Assembly (NCBI GenBank): GCA_040954595.2
Contig: CM082577.2
Location: 14,577,903-14,641,902, forward strand
DNA: 64,000 bases
Source: Balanoglossus misakiensis
Taxonomy: Eukaryota > Animalia > Hemichordata
Direction: 5' to 3'
Under the pieces are notes generated by a model that did no database searches, was not told where the DNA came from, and saw only the letters and a list, made by a program, of their open reading frames with translations. Below, one piece after another: positions 44,308-59,358 of the stretch. Every line of letters begins with the position of its first letter. Within the stretch, counting starts at the first letter, position 1. Position numbers and translations under genes: made by a program.

Positions 44308-47300
44308 CTAGTCACCCCCGTATGTTTTTTTAAGGTGTGTGAACCTAAATCTGTTGAGGAGATACACATTGTGATTTGCATTGCATTTAAAGACGCTTTT
44401 AAGGCGTCTCAAGTTGTTTCTTTCTATTTGAAATACTTTATTCAAAAGCTGTAGGTGACAATGTCCACCACAACAGTCGTGAACGATGCTGACCATTTGT
44501 ATGATGTTTTGCGGTGGTACTAGTTTGTAGCTCCCTTCCAGGTGTACAACCTGACATCCAAACAAGTCATCAAATTCATGATGTACATTGTACTCCTGGA
44601 TCTCTACCAGGCCTCTGATTGGATGTCTGCCTATCTTGACTTCAAAGATTGAGCTGACCATTCCAATCTTTACCTGTTGACATCAATATAATGTAGCCAT
44701 TACAGATGGATAACTTTGATTTGAAACTTGATATAGATGTTCATGGGGTGACTCTAGTCAGAATTTATCAAAAATAGGGAACCCAAGTAAGATTTTGCTA
44801 AAAAAATTCTGATATTTGCATAAATGTGTTATTGGGGAATTTTTTTTCCAATTTTTTTAAAAAAATTGTTTCCGCATGTCACATTGCATTGAACTTTGTT
44901 CCTTATAGTGATTGAAGTAAGATATTGTACAAATTTGATGATATTTGTATTTTTGCCACTTTCGAACAAGTTTTTTCTTTAAAACTGTTTTGAAATTGTT
45001 TTCTCTGATTGCTTTGAAATTTAGGATACAATTTCATAACACATATATGTGCAACTTTTGTTCAATTCTGATATCAGAAATATTCAATATTTAGCGAGTT
45101 TTTTGTAAGTTTCTTTGTTTTTTTGGTTAGCAAATATTCTCCTTGTTTTGAAAGTTACTGTTTACAAGGAGTTGACAATTTTTGTATACATGTACCTGCC
45201 CGAGGTGGGGTTACTGCTTAAATAACTTATGAGAAAAAACAAAGCTTGATAAGATTTCAAATGTCAACTGGAATGGAATTTTGAGTTATCTGAGCTCAGC
45301 TTGAGTACTATGTGTTCGATTCTTTGATGCCATCAAAAGTCACCTGTATATTTAGTATTAATACCTTGCTGTCTTTGTCTTTGTATAAGACTGACGATCC
45401 TACTCTAACCGTCTCATCCGATTTGGCAACCACACCATTGTAGGTTGCGTAGCTGCCATTTCCTATGTCACCCAATGTTAAGTTTGGATCTTGGAAGAAG
45501 TCCAGTAGCTGTTGGTGGTGTAGTGGAATATCCTTGGTTGATGCTGTCTTTTTGTGATGGTGTTGGTCTCGGTGCGGTTGGACCAGTTTGCCGGAAAATT
45601 TGACCACGCTGGCTTCTCTGCCAAACAGGTAGTTGTTGACAGTTTCTGTCTGTCCAAACCCTTTGACACCTTGAGCTGCCTCATATCTGCAACAAATGAA
45701 ATTGTGTATACCAGTCAAAGATGACATGAGGACTGAATTATGCTTTCTGCAGTCCATGTTATTATCATTAGAACAAATTGATATGACATATTGAAAACTT
45801 ATATTTTGTATTTTTAGGGATGATTTTGGAACAGTGCATAGAGAAAGTATTTGATGACAAAGTGTACAGGTTATCTTTCAAAGTCTCCCTACGTTGCCAA
45901 TTTGATGACAGACAGAGAGAATACAGGTCATTTGAAAATGCAACGTAATGGTCTGTGGAAAGAGGTGAGTAAACATGTGTGAGGCATTGTTTCTATACTG
46001 CACAATTGTTCTAACAGGGTTTTACCAATTCCAACATGACATTTGAATGACCTTCTAGAACTTTCTAAATATTTCAGGTCACACTGATAGTCTAGATCGG
46101 ACAATCAGCAGCTGGTCAAAATCCTGTCAGCGGAATTGTTCTAAAGTATTTTCCCCAGACGTTGGGAGCTGTCTTTTCTATTGGTCAGCATAACCTTACA
46201 TGTATGCGAAAAAATATCTGCCTGTCATGAACTTTGTCTATGGCATATAACTGTCATAGCTAGGTCTATCATTTGGAACTTCCCACCATCTATTAGGAAC
46301 CGCAACACTTCTTGTTTTGCGAGATGATTTACTGTATCCGAACTGGGATTGTGTCGGTTCGTGTATGTTTGCACAAACCTCACCCTCCCATTTTCTTCCT
46401 CGAACTTTTCAGCTTGGTAGCCTTGGGCATGCCCGTGTTTGATGATATCACCTGCGATGTGCAGAAGATAGTGTGTCGTCTGCTTCCTTACAATTAAAAG
46501 AAATGAATTTAGGTGAGTTATATGCATGCTTCTAAAACGAAATAGTCCTGGCCAATGTCGCCTCACACCAATCTTTGACCTTATAAAGCAGAACCATGTA
46601 ATTCTCTTCTGATTGTTTATACAAATTTTACCATTGTCAAATGATAGCCTACACTGTTATGTTAACTGTAAAGGGCGTCAACTAGGAACAGAGTCTGACA
46701 AAATGTGTCCACAAACACCAGGTTGAGACCAGGGTCAACCACAAACCACCCCATTCGACTGGGACCAAAATTGTCCGGACAAGGGTCTGCCAGACCCATT
46801 CACACCTGTTTTGTTTGTTTTTTTGCTCGGCCACGTACTTGGCTAGGACAAGGGCCTAGCCTTTTTGTTAGTAATGTAAACGGCCTATGTGTTTCTACAA
46901 GTCTTTATGAATAGAATAAGAGTCTGCAAAGAAAAAAAATCATAGTAAATAGCTGATTTTGGGGTTTTCTGAAGTTTTAAGGTCAGATACCTTATTAGCG
47001 TACTGCCAATCTCCGTCAGTTTTGATACTAACTCCTGCACTGGCAATTGTAGATTTTGCAGTTCTTCATTTGTATAAGATCCATGTCTATATATGAGATG
47101 AGTTATCTACATGGTACAGAAAGGGGAATAATAAAATTTTAAAGCAATCATACTGTTCACTCCATTGTGTATAATCCTCCTTTCCTTTAAAATTTGTTTC
47201 CAGATATACTCGTCATCACAGTTGTCAATTACCAAAATCAATTTGTAACTCTCTGGCATTTTTAGAAGTAGTGCTGCTGAATTCAATCATTTCATTGTAG

Positions 47301-50300
47301 ACTGCATAGAAGTAACGAGATGATAGCTTTGGTTGTGCTCCCCAAAGGTAGATAAGACTGCACGTACATCATCAAAGAATGGAGGTAAGTAGTTTTAGTT
47401 CTCTTCACTTTTTGTAAAAAATTCCATTACTATATGTGTCTGTAACTTACTTCTGACAAAAGACAGTATGCTTTTATGTATCCAATTGGGACAGAGCTAC
47501 ACCGTGCCAGATGGAAAGGGGCAATTTGTATCTGTTGTAAAATAAGAAATTATACTTTATATGTCTTTTTATATAATGACATACACACACACACATATAT
47601 TCACAAACATGAAATGATACATATTATAGACTATGTCCTGTCATTGTTTAATATCCATTTTATCATTTTGCTCTTCCTGCATTCTTATTTTCAAATTACT
47701 GTGTTGATTAATTGGAAAAAATTCTTCCACCTTTCTGTTTTGTTTTTGTTTTCATTAGAACTAACATACCCAGATTTTGTAGTGCCTTCCGATGAAACTG
47801 CCGTAGTGGTCCATTGACTTTGAAGTTAGCCGTCTTTCAAATGAAGACCAATCGAATTCCTCCAAAGAAAGCTTCAGGATTGCTCTGTCGTTTTCATCCA
47901 TTATTCTCATAATCTCACCGAGCAGGTTCTTGTTTGGATTAGTGAGGACAGCATGCAGCCTATCTTGGGGTGTGTCACTGGTAATAACAATATACATTTT
48001 CTAGATTAAATCATAGCCACTTCAATATCTGTTTCTCTTCAGTAAACAGATGTAGATGTCCACCTAAATTTGGATGCAATTTTTTCATATTTTATATCAC
48101 TTTTTAAATTACAAACTGTTCATCTTCTGCGTAAAATGTAAAGCCGAATTGTATCTTGTTATTTAACAAATTTAATGAATTTGTTTCCTCGGTAGACAAT
48201 ATCTACATTTGGTCAAATCATACGTACCTATAGGGACTAAAATTGTCAATATCGAGTAAGCTGTTGTAGCCCTCTCTGATGCCATTTCGTGTACGAATTT
48301 TCCTTCGCTCACTCTCTGTTTCAGCTGCCTCTATTTCTTTAATTATTTCCTTTAGTTTGTTTTTGGTTCTCCGAGTCCCAACTTGAGAAAGAGTAGTCTT
48401 GCTAATCTGTGTTACAAAACATATACATTTATCTTTAATTAATTTTGTTAGTAGTGAGCACTTTAGTGTAAGATAATGATGGATTATGGGAAATAGAATG
48501 TGTATCTCCAAATTACGCGTGTGAGGAACCACCACCAACAATTTTGTTCTTTTTGAGCCTAGACATTCAACCACAACCCCAAGGACCTTGTGAGAATGGA
48601 ACGTCTTTGGCACAGTATTGCACATCTCTTACTTACATCACACACTCTGCATGGATGGTTTGCAGTAGCTCCTAAGTGATTTGCCATTTTTGATCCCATC
48701 ACACTATCAAAGATACCAATTGCAATCTTTGGTCTCACAATTACATCTTTCCCAGTAGATGCATCGAACACAAGAACACCATCATTGCATTGCTTGATGT
48801 TTTCAATAACAGGAACGATCAATTCTGTTGACTGCACGATGTTTGATGTTGAAAGGAAGTGAACATTTCTAAGTTTATCCTTTTCTTTGATTGGTAAGCC
48901 AGACAACTGGACAGACAGAACATGGTAGCTGTTCCACTGCTTCGATTTATTGCCACTCGTGTCATCAACGAATATGTTCAGTGGTAAGGTGTACATCGGA
49001 AGCCGTCGAGTGTTTCTGGAGTATACCACTTTTTCCTGGAAAAGGTTTCACAATTAAATTGTAGACATTTAAAGTATACAGTGATGGTGGTAGGAATACA
49101 ATCAGAAAACCAGCCATTTACCCAGCAATTTTGCCAACTGCATTGACACTGACTTAGACAAGTAATTACCTAGACTGTAGTTTACTTTTTCATGATAGCC
49201 AAATGTAAGTGTAATGAACAAAAATCACTCTCAGGCATCATGATATTTTATGTAAAAACTGAATGTTTTTATTTTCCACAATCACCTAAGTAGAATGCCG
49301 TGGCAATATTTTTGTACACAATAGAAATTTGCTAGTCAAGACTATTTTAATATTCTTTTAAATTAATGCTTTGGTGTTGCTTGGTTGGAAATAGGTTGAT
49401 GTATTGTTTTTCCCTTACCTCTGCCGTAGCCTCTTTCAAAGTCCACCGGCCGTTGTCAGTATTCATGACATGTGTGACTGTGTAGTCTTCATGGTTACTG
49501 GTACCTAATATTTCATAGGTGTCTACAATCTTTGACTCGCCAATAATTGGGACTAGTGACCTATATATATAGTAGATATAGTTTAAAATACATACAGTCT
49601 ATTACAATAAACTGTACACTTGACAAAGGCATGTGTTCTAATGAGTTCAATATTTAATTTTAAGTTTTTGAAAGAAAAATCCAGACTTGTACGTATTGAT
49701 TTTTAAAGGGACAAAGTCTCTCTCTCGTTGCCCTTTGTACATTATCCAACGCACATAGGGTTCGATGCCTTTTAATTGTGGTTTTCGATACTTTCCGCCT
49801 CAGTGAAAGTGCAAAAATTATCCGCACTTTCATTACGGTCACAAATGAATGGTTCAGGAAATTTTGACGTTGGTGTCGCTGTCCCTGTAACCTGCCACTT
49901 ATCTAACGCACATAAGGTTCGATGCCTTTTACTCTGTACGTGTCGCCAGTAGTTGGAATCTCGAAAGGTTTTGTACTGACAGGTTTTGCAGCTGAAAACA
50001 CGATCCCAACCCATACTTTCATTATGGCGAGTTTTTCACTCTTGTGTCTACAAGCAGATTTGAAGGTGTGTGTGGTTGAACGTTGATTCACTATATATCA
50101 GCATGTAGAATAACATAAGCAGTGTCTTGTATCAAACATAAGTATTGGAAAAAATGCAGCGAGAGAGAGACTTTGTCCCTTTAGGTAAATTGAAAGATGA
50201 ACGATATTAAAATAGTGTCCCAAGGAGAGTACCTTTCATGAAGCAGATCCCTGAATGGGTTGAGGTGCTCATCACCAGGTAGCAATACACTCTGTACCTC

Positions 50301-52258
50301 AGCTGTCATCTTTCTAAAGGTACCAGCTTCATTATGACCGACCTGTTACAAGTAGATATGAGATTTGAATGTTATGTGTTAAATTTTCTGTGTTAAGATT
50401 TTGTATTAAATCATCAAATTATTACACTTACTGTTATTTAAATATGTAGTGTTTAATTCATGAATAATGTTTTAAAATGATATGTATTTTTTTCAAATGT
50501 AATGTGTGATGTTTATCTTTCCTGGATTAGAGCAGTTGAAAATTTCATACCACTATGTAGATCCTAGAAGGGGACATATTCATACCTTTCTTAAGAATGA
50601 CTTGATTATTACAGTTTCTCCATTCATTAATAACACACTGTCTCCAGCAAACATCCCCTTCCAATATGGTGCTGGAATATCTTCCACCCACTTCTGTCCT
50701 TCACATTGTTCATAGATTTTGTCAGTCACCACTGGAAATCTATACAACATCAAAACCAGGATCGACTAGTTAACTTAGTGGACAAATGTATATGCTTTTC
50801 AATGCCAGGTATACAGATTGTTGGGGTTTCTTTCATATAGTATTTGTAAGAGAATTCCTAGACCTTACATCCCCACTAGCTGTATCTTTTTTTTTTTTTT
50901 AGATGGGTTTGTTTGAAACTGAATGCACCTTATTAAGGGACAAAGCCTCTGTCGCTTTTGTAGAATATGAGAGAAAAGTCTCGTCAAAATGAATAAATGG
51001 TAAAAACCGATTATTCATTTTGGCGAGTATTTCACTTTTGTATCTACAAGTGGAATGGAAGTTGAGTGTGGTCGAGCATTGATTCACAATATAACACCTG
51101 TAGAATAACATACTAGTAAATGGTGTCTTGTATCAAACATAATTATGGAAAAAGGACAGCGAGAGAGAGAGGCTTTGTCCCTTTAAGAGTGCGTCCTATG
51201 AGTGACTACATGAAGCTTTTGAAATTTGTGACAAAAGTAGAAGTTATATTTTAACACCAATAAAAATATGTACATGTGATGGTTTAAAATGTTTTTGATA
51301 CCGTGCTTCTTGTATTATGATATGAAATGATCAATATTATACCTTACCTATCCACGCATGCTGCAATTTTAGGATTCCCTAAGAGGAGTTTGATTAAAAC
51401 TGATGGTTTGATGAAAGAGAAAGGTGTCCCATCAGATGTATTTGCCTAAAGGATTAAAATAAAAATAAAAATGAACTTGCTATACAGATTCTTGTCTCAT
51501 TTGTTTAAATTACATTTAAAGTGGTTGCCATAAAATGATAATTTACGAGTATACTTTTGCTTTAAAAGTTAATTTTTTTTTAATTTACAAATGTTTAACA
51601 AATTGTATGATTAAATATGTACCTGGCCAACAAGTTCTTCATCCAGGAATGGCAAAACTCATGACCGATTCCATCGATGGTACATTTGGAACGTTTAGCT
51701 CATGGAGGATGTACCATACAAATTTCCTTGTTTCCCGAGACTGTAATTGTATAATAATAAATTTAATAAGAAAAATAGTTAAAAAAATTATGTATTTTTC
51801 GGTATTTAACTTACAATAACAGCAAAAATGCAACCAAGAAAAGTTTCAGTACAATTGTACAATGTATAATATAAACTGCTTACCATCGGTCTTGGTCCTG
51901 AATGGCATAATGTATATAACAAAAAGAAAATCTTGCTTGGAAAAGGATACCAATTTCTATCGCTTAATTCTACCAAGCCATCGTCGTCTGTTTCAGTGTC
52001 GGAATTGTGGTTTTCGATACTTTCCGCCTCAGTGAAAATGCAAAAATTATCCGCACTTTCATTACGGTCGTCACAAATGAATGAATCAGGAAATTTTGAC
52101 GTTGGTGTCGCTGTCCCTGTAACCTGCCACTGATCCAACGCACATAGGGTTCGATGCCTTTTACTCTGTACGTGTCGCCGGTAGTTGGAATCTCGAAAGG
52201 TTTTGTACTGACAGGTTTTGCAGCTGAAAATACGATCCTGACCCATACTTTCCGCCAT
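44308..52258 (-). CDS. Intron-rich DDE transposase with N-terminal C2H2 zinc finger (CACTA/Mirage/Plavaka-related; clade uncertain)
   Basis: Exonic motifs CKTCQYKT...HVQSKRH, WYPFPSK, NIFVDDTSGNKSKQWNSYH, HPCRVC, DTPQDRLH, HYLLHI...AEKFE...NRHNPS and VHDC; GT-AG boundaries. Confidence 0.75.
49707..50180. mobile_element. MITE copy 3 carrying a captured piece of transposase exon 1
   Basis: Same termini as copies 1-2; 49774-50020 matches 52003-52252. Confidence 0.85.
50936..51182. mobile_element. MITE copy 4, internally deleted
   Basis: AGGGACAAAG...CTTTGTCCCT-TTAA. Confidence 0.8.
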
Positions 52259-52523
52259 CTCTGGTCTCGTCTGCTTCGTGCATCAACCAACCAGCTTTCA
52301 ATACGTCACTATAATATTAAGCAATCAAATTACAGCAGACGACAATCTCACGAGCTCACGCGCTCACGCGCACAGTAACATACAAACTGCACGTATCCAG
52401 CCAGTTCATGACATTTCCGTGTAAACCAAAGACTCTCATACATCTTGCGCTTTGTCAACAATCGTGCACGAAGTTGGTTCATTATATTCTTAACAGTATT
52501 TGTTACAATAACCTACATAGGCG

Positions 52524-55500
52524 ATGGCGGAACTCGAACGCGATGGGACTGAAAGCAATGAGGATTTATTTGACGTTAGTGTGTATTTGTTCAAAATTCA
52601 ATTTAAAGAAAGAATGATGGCCCAAAAGCATTTGTCGGGAATGTGTCATGGTTACTAAATCATGCTGTATCCAAAAAAAAAATTGGGGGTAAAGGATAAG
52701 GCATACGAACGATTCAGATGCTCTGTTTTTTTGTTTTTTTTTATTTTTATGAATGAACTAATTTACATGTGAATGGGTATAAGGTTACAGGGTCATGTCA
52801 ACCCGTGTCGGCACTCGACTTAGTGCGGGTTTCTTTGTTTTGGTGAATGAAATGTATGCAATTTAAATATGAATGGGTGTAAGGTTACCAGGTCAGAGCA
52901 CTTCCATGTCAGCGTTCTCATATAAGTGTAAACAATCAAAGCCAGTTCGAAAGCTTTCCAAAAATAACCCGTTTTACAGTATTCAAGGCGACACGTATAA
53001 AGGTTAAACTTTTCTTTGCATGTAAAAAAACACCCAAACGATTATGGATTTAATACGCTATCAAAGACGTCCGTACGCCCTCATATGTATTGGTTATGCT
53101 TATTACCGGTATTTGTTTTCAGTTGCCTCAAACGGGTATTCTTAGCGAATACCTTTTATTGACAGGATTCTCAAGAGAGCAACCAGGAAGCTAACAATGT
53201 ACACGCAGTGACAGAAAGCAGTGACATCGATGCAGGTTGTTACTTGGCTCATAACCGTTTTTTATACAATTTTTCCTTAATGCATGTTTAAGTTTAAAAA
53301 TTATAACATTCCATTTCCAAAATCTGTAAATTCAAGGCTTTGCATCAAAAAACTATTTCCATATTTTTTTTTACATAAATGTAGTGTATAATAAATGTCT
53401 CTTGAATGTGTGTTACAACAGTTCAGCTGACAAAAGAAAACAACATCATGCTGAAAGAGATTTTAAAAGAATTGAAACAACTAAAAAGAAGAGTTGAGAG
53501 ATTAGAAGAACAGGGCAAAGCAGAATGGAAGATAGAGAGAGCCAAATGCAAGGTAAAATGGCCCCATATAATTAATATCATATGTCACACCCTCCGTAGG
53601 ATTTTTAGGTTTACTAGAAATAAAATGACATGAGAATGTTAAATCCGTAAAAAGGGCAGAATAGAGTATACACATGATGACTGACAATGAGGGCAACAGT
53701 GTACTTTTGATGACCTCGGGACTGCCAGTCACACCAAAACAGTCTGTTTTCCCTTGGGCTTTGCCCTCGGGGGGGGGGGGGGAAACAAGACTGTTTTAGT
53801 TATGACTAGCAGCGCCCTTGGTCATCGAACTGATGCCCTAGGGAACAGTTCGAAATGACTAAGGTCACGTGACATTGTATTGATGAATCACGATCGAGGG
53901 TTCGCTGCATGGCGTGTTATAATATTAAATGTATGAGGTAGGATGTGTTAAGACAATTAGAGCCCAAGTATTGGACTATGTGTTCTCGGAAAACTATTTG
54001 CCTTCATGACATTGAGCAAATGGTCTGTCACCTGCTCTCTGTTCTTTTTCTGTAAAATATGAATACAGAATGGTAGATTTAAAAAAAAAACTGTTATGAT
54101 TTTTTTCACAGCATGAATACCTATGTTATTTGAAAGATCTGTTCACAAGGAATACCTATCTTTATACTGGTAATGATAACTTACCTCCAGAATTCATGGC
54201 AAGTATAAGTTAATGAACTATCATCCAACAGTGCTCATGTAAAAATATGGTTTATTTATCATCATTATTATCATATTTAGTTTAATATACTCATAATAAA
54301 GCCTTAATTTCATTACACAAAGGTACAACCCTTTAAAATGAATATGAAAGCATGGTAATTCTGTATGCCTGCATTAGGATTTTTGCATGAAATATTTTAT
54401 GTACAAAAAACTCTTATACGTGAGGAAGTTCCTATACATGTATAGAGATTAATTGAGTCTAAGTAACAGCAAATTTTACAAGTTCACAAAACCCAATATC
54501 AGCAATATTTCAAACTTATATATTATTCATTTTTTTTTTCAAGGACAAAATTAAAAATCTATTGATTTCTGAATTTGGCCAGGCGACATCCTCAAACATT
54601 CAGAAAATGATTGCATATGCCCTCAAAAAGTTTACTGATTGGCGAGGAGATGTAAGGGCCAAGGTAAGTACAATGTGTGAACACAAATAACACACAAATT
54701 CTTATACATATTAACACATGAATCATGTTCATACTTGCAGACTTTATGTTCGAGTCTACATGGTTCATTCGTCGTTTTTATCTATACAGCTCCTAAGAAG
54801 TCAAAGTAACAGAGGTGTTCCAATAAAGGAACTAAACAAAATGCTGTGGAGGCCGTACTTCCAAGTTGGGGATGTCAATCTGGAAGGCATGCTCAATAAG
54901 ACTTTAATGATGGTTAGTACCACATTTGATTTTGTCAATATTTTCATCTAAATCACCATAATTAATACATGCAATACTACATACATTTGTTAAATACTCA
55001 ACAGGGATATACCATAGAAACCCTTTATTTCAACCATAGAAACCATAAAACTTCAACCTAAAAAACATAAAATTTGAATTTGCTGGTGGTTGGATTAAAA
55101 ATTTTTTCCTTATAAACACAAGTATTTTTTTTTAACATTTGCCGATAGGACACTTATGCTTCTTCACTTTTATGGAGTTGATTTCATGTTAAAGGTATAC
55201 CGTCACCCATTGAAAATCAGCTATAATATACATGTAGTTACCATGGCAAAATGAGATCTAGCTAATCACTGATTTTCAGTGGGTGTCACACGCGAAATAA
55301 AGAGCGCCGCCATATGTTCTTTCGAACGCCCAAATATGCCATTTCAGCCATATGTGGACGTATGTAAATTGGAGGGGACTGTATATCTTTAATGTGGGAA
55401 TTCAGTATAATTTATAAGTTTTTAATATATTAAATCTAAAAGGTGATGAAATTGATGCCAGGTGTTTCCTTTCTTAATCCAAGCTAATGTTCACTGTGTT

Positions 55501-56038
55501 TTACTTATAAACAACATTATATGTATAACCCATTTAGTTTGTATACATACATGTGTATCATCATCTAGTAGATCTTCAAATCGATGTATGTGACTGTAAA
55601 CCTCAATAAGAACCCAATATTTGTTGACGTTAATAATCAAAAAATCAACAAAAAATAAAGTTCCTTCAGAGGCTGCAGTCATACTTTTTGCTCTTGTTTA
55701 GTACTGTAATTTGGTCGAACATCATGCTATTTCTTCTGAATACCAAGTAGAGTGTACATCAATCCAACCAAACCTGTAATGAGAAAATGTAAAAATTTAA
55801 GACAATGTTATATTCACCATCTTACTTACCTCATATATATTTGTTCCAGAGAGCCTATGCACACCAGAAACTTCTGTTTGGCTGTATTGGTACAAGGGCC
55901 CTGAAGGAATCTAACAACTACTGGATTAATTTTGACGCTTATTACAAGCGTTGCTTAGAGGATAGGAGGGAAGGGAAGTGGGATTATTGGATGGAGAGGG
56001 ATGAAAGAAGAAGAAGGGCATTTCTTGGGGAAGAATAG
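52524..56038 (+). CDS. Multi-exon accessory gene divergent from the transposase; coiled-coil protein of unknown function
   Basis: Candidate exons at about 52524-52574, 53167-53235, 53422-53551, 54544-54663, 54790-54912 and 55850-56038 with GT/AG ends. Confidence 0.55.
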
Positions 56039-56920
56039 GCGTTTGAATTACCTTAAATTTTTTAACCATTAAATTTCTACTTTCTATGATATTATTCAGT
56101 TTTCAATTAATTATCTGGTTTTATCGCTTTATTAATTGGGTTAATTTTAGTAAATACAATGTTTATATTTATCTACATTTATTATAACAATATTTTACTG
56201 ATTTTCTTCACAGATACCGTACGAATTGATAATTTTGAATAAAGTGACAGTACAGTTTACATCCTGGCTATGTGTACTTTGATCTACATACACCAAGGTA
56301 AGCTCAGTTTATTGTAACATTTCTGCTTTAAATGTACTTGTTTCCTTATTTACTGTCTGCACGTTTAAAGTTTTCATTTCCATCGGAGTAGGGGGCCAAG
56401 ATGAGGATTTGCATACTATTGTCAACTGTGCATATCTAAATCTGAATCGGTGAAAAACTTACATACCTCAGGCCGGCAATATTACAAACCATCTACCTAC
56501 CTGCTGTTTCTTTTGTGGTGAAAGTTTCCAAGTAAAGTGCAGACAAGTGTAATATGGTAAACAGGTACACCGTCTCGAATCAGACTGTACGATTACAATG
56601 GTCAATGCATCACACACATACACTGGGTCGGCTGATTCGAGGTAAACTAAGCAGGATTGTGAGGGGTCAATTCGGCTGCCTTTTTTTCAAACATACAGGG
56701 AATGAACACAATCACAAGCTTGTTTGGTCAATTCTTTGGTCATATCTCCGGACGTAATGGAAGAATGTTGAAACTTTTACACTTTTCAAAAATGTGGCAG
56801 CAGAATTGACTTCATAAACTGAGCGAAAAATAGACTCCCTAGAACAAGCATAAATACATTTGACCCGAGGTCAAACGCCAGGTCACAACCCCAGAACAAA
56901 TACATTTGCCGAAGCTTGAG

Positions 56921-59074
56921 GTATGTAAGACCCCACATAGACCCGATCTGAGACCATGTTCTGAGAGTCTCAAATGTGAGTAAATGCTATCTGAGACCGC
57001 ATTTGAGACTGCTTTGGAGACTCTCAGATACAATGTAAACTGCAATTGAGACTGTATTGCTAATTGAGAGTGTACATGTAACAATCAACAACACACAACA
57101 TTGCCCATAATCAATGAAAGTATCGCGTCTGTATCACGTATAACTTAACTCCTCACGAGACTTCAATTCACTGTCTTGCTGTCCGATATAACTATGATTT
57201 TTGCATGCATGTACACACACGATCGATACCTGCCATGATTCAACACTGCCACACACACACTTGTACTTTATTCACTCAAAAGAAAACAACAAGCGATGGT
57301 ACTAGTATTTACATTTAAATCAGTGATAAAGAAACAGTCGGTGGTTATTGTTGATTGCAAATAGACTGGTGAATACAAATACTAAAAGAGAAACTCGCAA
57401 AAATTTCCCAGCCTAAAATGAATCCCGTTTTACAGTAGCTTATCTTATAATAGGGTACTGCACACAATTTAACGTCGGTGACACAAAGATCTATCTAGTG
57501 AGATTGACATGTGTATAAAACAAATGATCAAAGACCCGCAAAGTCGCCCTTTTGTGGATATATATATATATATTTTCTGTAAAGCCGTACATTGACGCCC
57601 CGTTCACACATATTGTTGCCGTATTGTTGTTGAGTTTGCCAATGATACCGACTCCCAATCTCATGAATGAAAAAACAGTTCACACTTCGCATGGAAATTG
57701 TTCTTTTCATTTTGATTCTCCGAAACCATTTGAAAAATCATCGTTTTTTTTCAATTGAGCTTCAATTTCTACCTTCCTCAGTGTGATTGTATACGCCTTG
57801 ACCCCTTCACGAACTTCCACTGTTTAGGTAAGAGCAGTCATGGATAGTGGCTACGTTGCGGCGACATTCGATTCGTGACCTAATTAAACCCGACGGCAGT
57901 TGCCTCTAGTACATGTAATTCTTTCCTTACTTCTTTTAGCTTTGAAGTGACGTACGTGTTAAAACTCCTCTGGGTGGGAGTCCGTTTACAAAATGAACAA
58001 CTTTCTATAAATCTAAGATTAAAAAAGGGCAATGTAAGCCTTTATCATATAATGACAAACGTGAAACATTATTGAAAAAAAAACTTATTTTATTACAACT
58101 TTTAAGCTTTTACCCAACTTTACATGTATTGTGACAGGTGTTCGTATCGGCAGCGAAAAAAACTGCATTGGTATGGTCGAGTTATCGGGACCATACTTGA
58201 CAACATTTTTATTTTGTCTTACACTCTGCTTCGGCGATAGAGAGAGATCAATAGATCTATGATTACTATAGTAACCGTTGACACGTCCTAGCGTCTACGT
58301 AAAACACTACCACGTCATTCACTCAACTCTTTTGTCGGCCCCGGAAACAAAGTCGCCCGTGAGTTAGTTCATTGTTCCACGGTCGACGCGTGGGTCATCG
58401 TTTATTACAATGTCAAGTCATAGTACAAGTACAATTACTAGTAACTTCTGGTCGCCCATGTACGATTATACTCATCGTATGTTATAACCGACGCCCGGTA
58501 TTCGGGCTATGTCTGTACGTTTTGAGATAAATACTAGTAGATAGATCTAATATCTTAAAAAAGGACACACAGCACGACATTTCACCGCACCGCGCTGTCG
58601 GTCGCTCCGATCTGCATGATGTACGTGAGCTCTCTACAGATCGTGTCGCGCACCATTCGCCCTTGTAAAAACTTGACGCCCTCGTTTGAAAGCTGAGAAA
58701 ATGTCCTATCTTATAGTCAGAACCGATTACAAAACATTCAACTCCAATATATGAGATGATGTCCAGTACGGCATGCACAACTTTTGAGAGACCGTGGAAG
58801 AATTAACATCTCGATCGCCATAAAGGCTGGGTGTTAGGTCATCTTTATTACTGTAACTTCTGTTGGCTCGATATGACGAAGTTGACGGTCTCAATTAGCA
58901 TTTAAACGCAAGCTGAGAGTCTCAAAAGCGATCTCCAATACGGTCTCAATTGCAGTTTACATTGTATCTGAGAGTCTCCAAAGCAGTCTCAAATGCGGTC
59001 TCAGATAGCATTTACTCACATTTGAGACTCTCAGAACATGGTCTCAGATCGGGTCTATGTGGGGTCTTACATAC
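56921..59074. mobile_element. Non-autonomous DNA transposon with about 138-bp TIRs rich in GAGAC/GTCTC subrepeats
   Basis: 56921-57059 is the near-perfect reverse complement of 58936-59074; no long internal ORF. Confidence 0.9.
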
Positions 59075-59358
59075 GGTAGCCCGTATGTGACAGACCAATT
59101 CACTAATTAAGTGTACACAACTTTAATTTTCACCGAAGGTATATAGATGAGAAAACAACTGAAGAAGAAAAGGCTAATTACTAGTAGTTTCATGTTTGTA
59201 CATGTGTGCAGCTAGGTGTAATCAGCAATATTGGCGCCAAAATGTAGCATTTCTGTGAGGTGATGCATTGTAACAAAATTGTTCTACCACATTCGCTACA
59301 GTGGGGTCATAGTAAACATTGTCTGTTGCTGTATATGTTGTGACGTGATTAAATTTCG

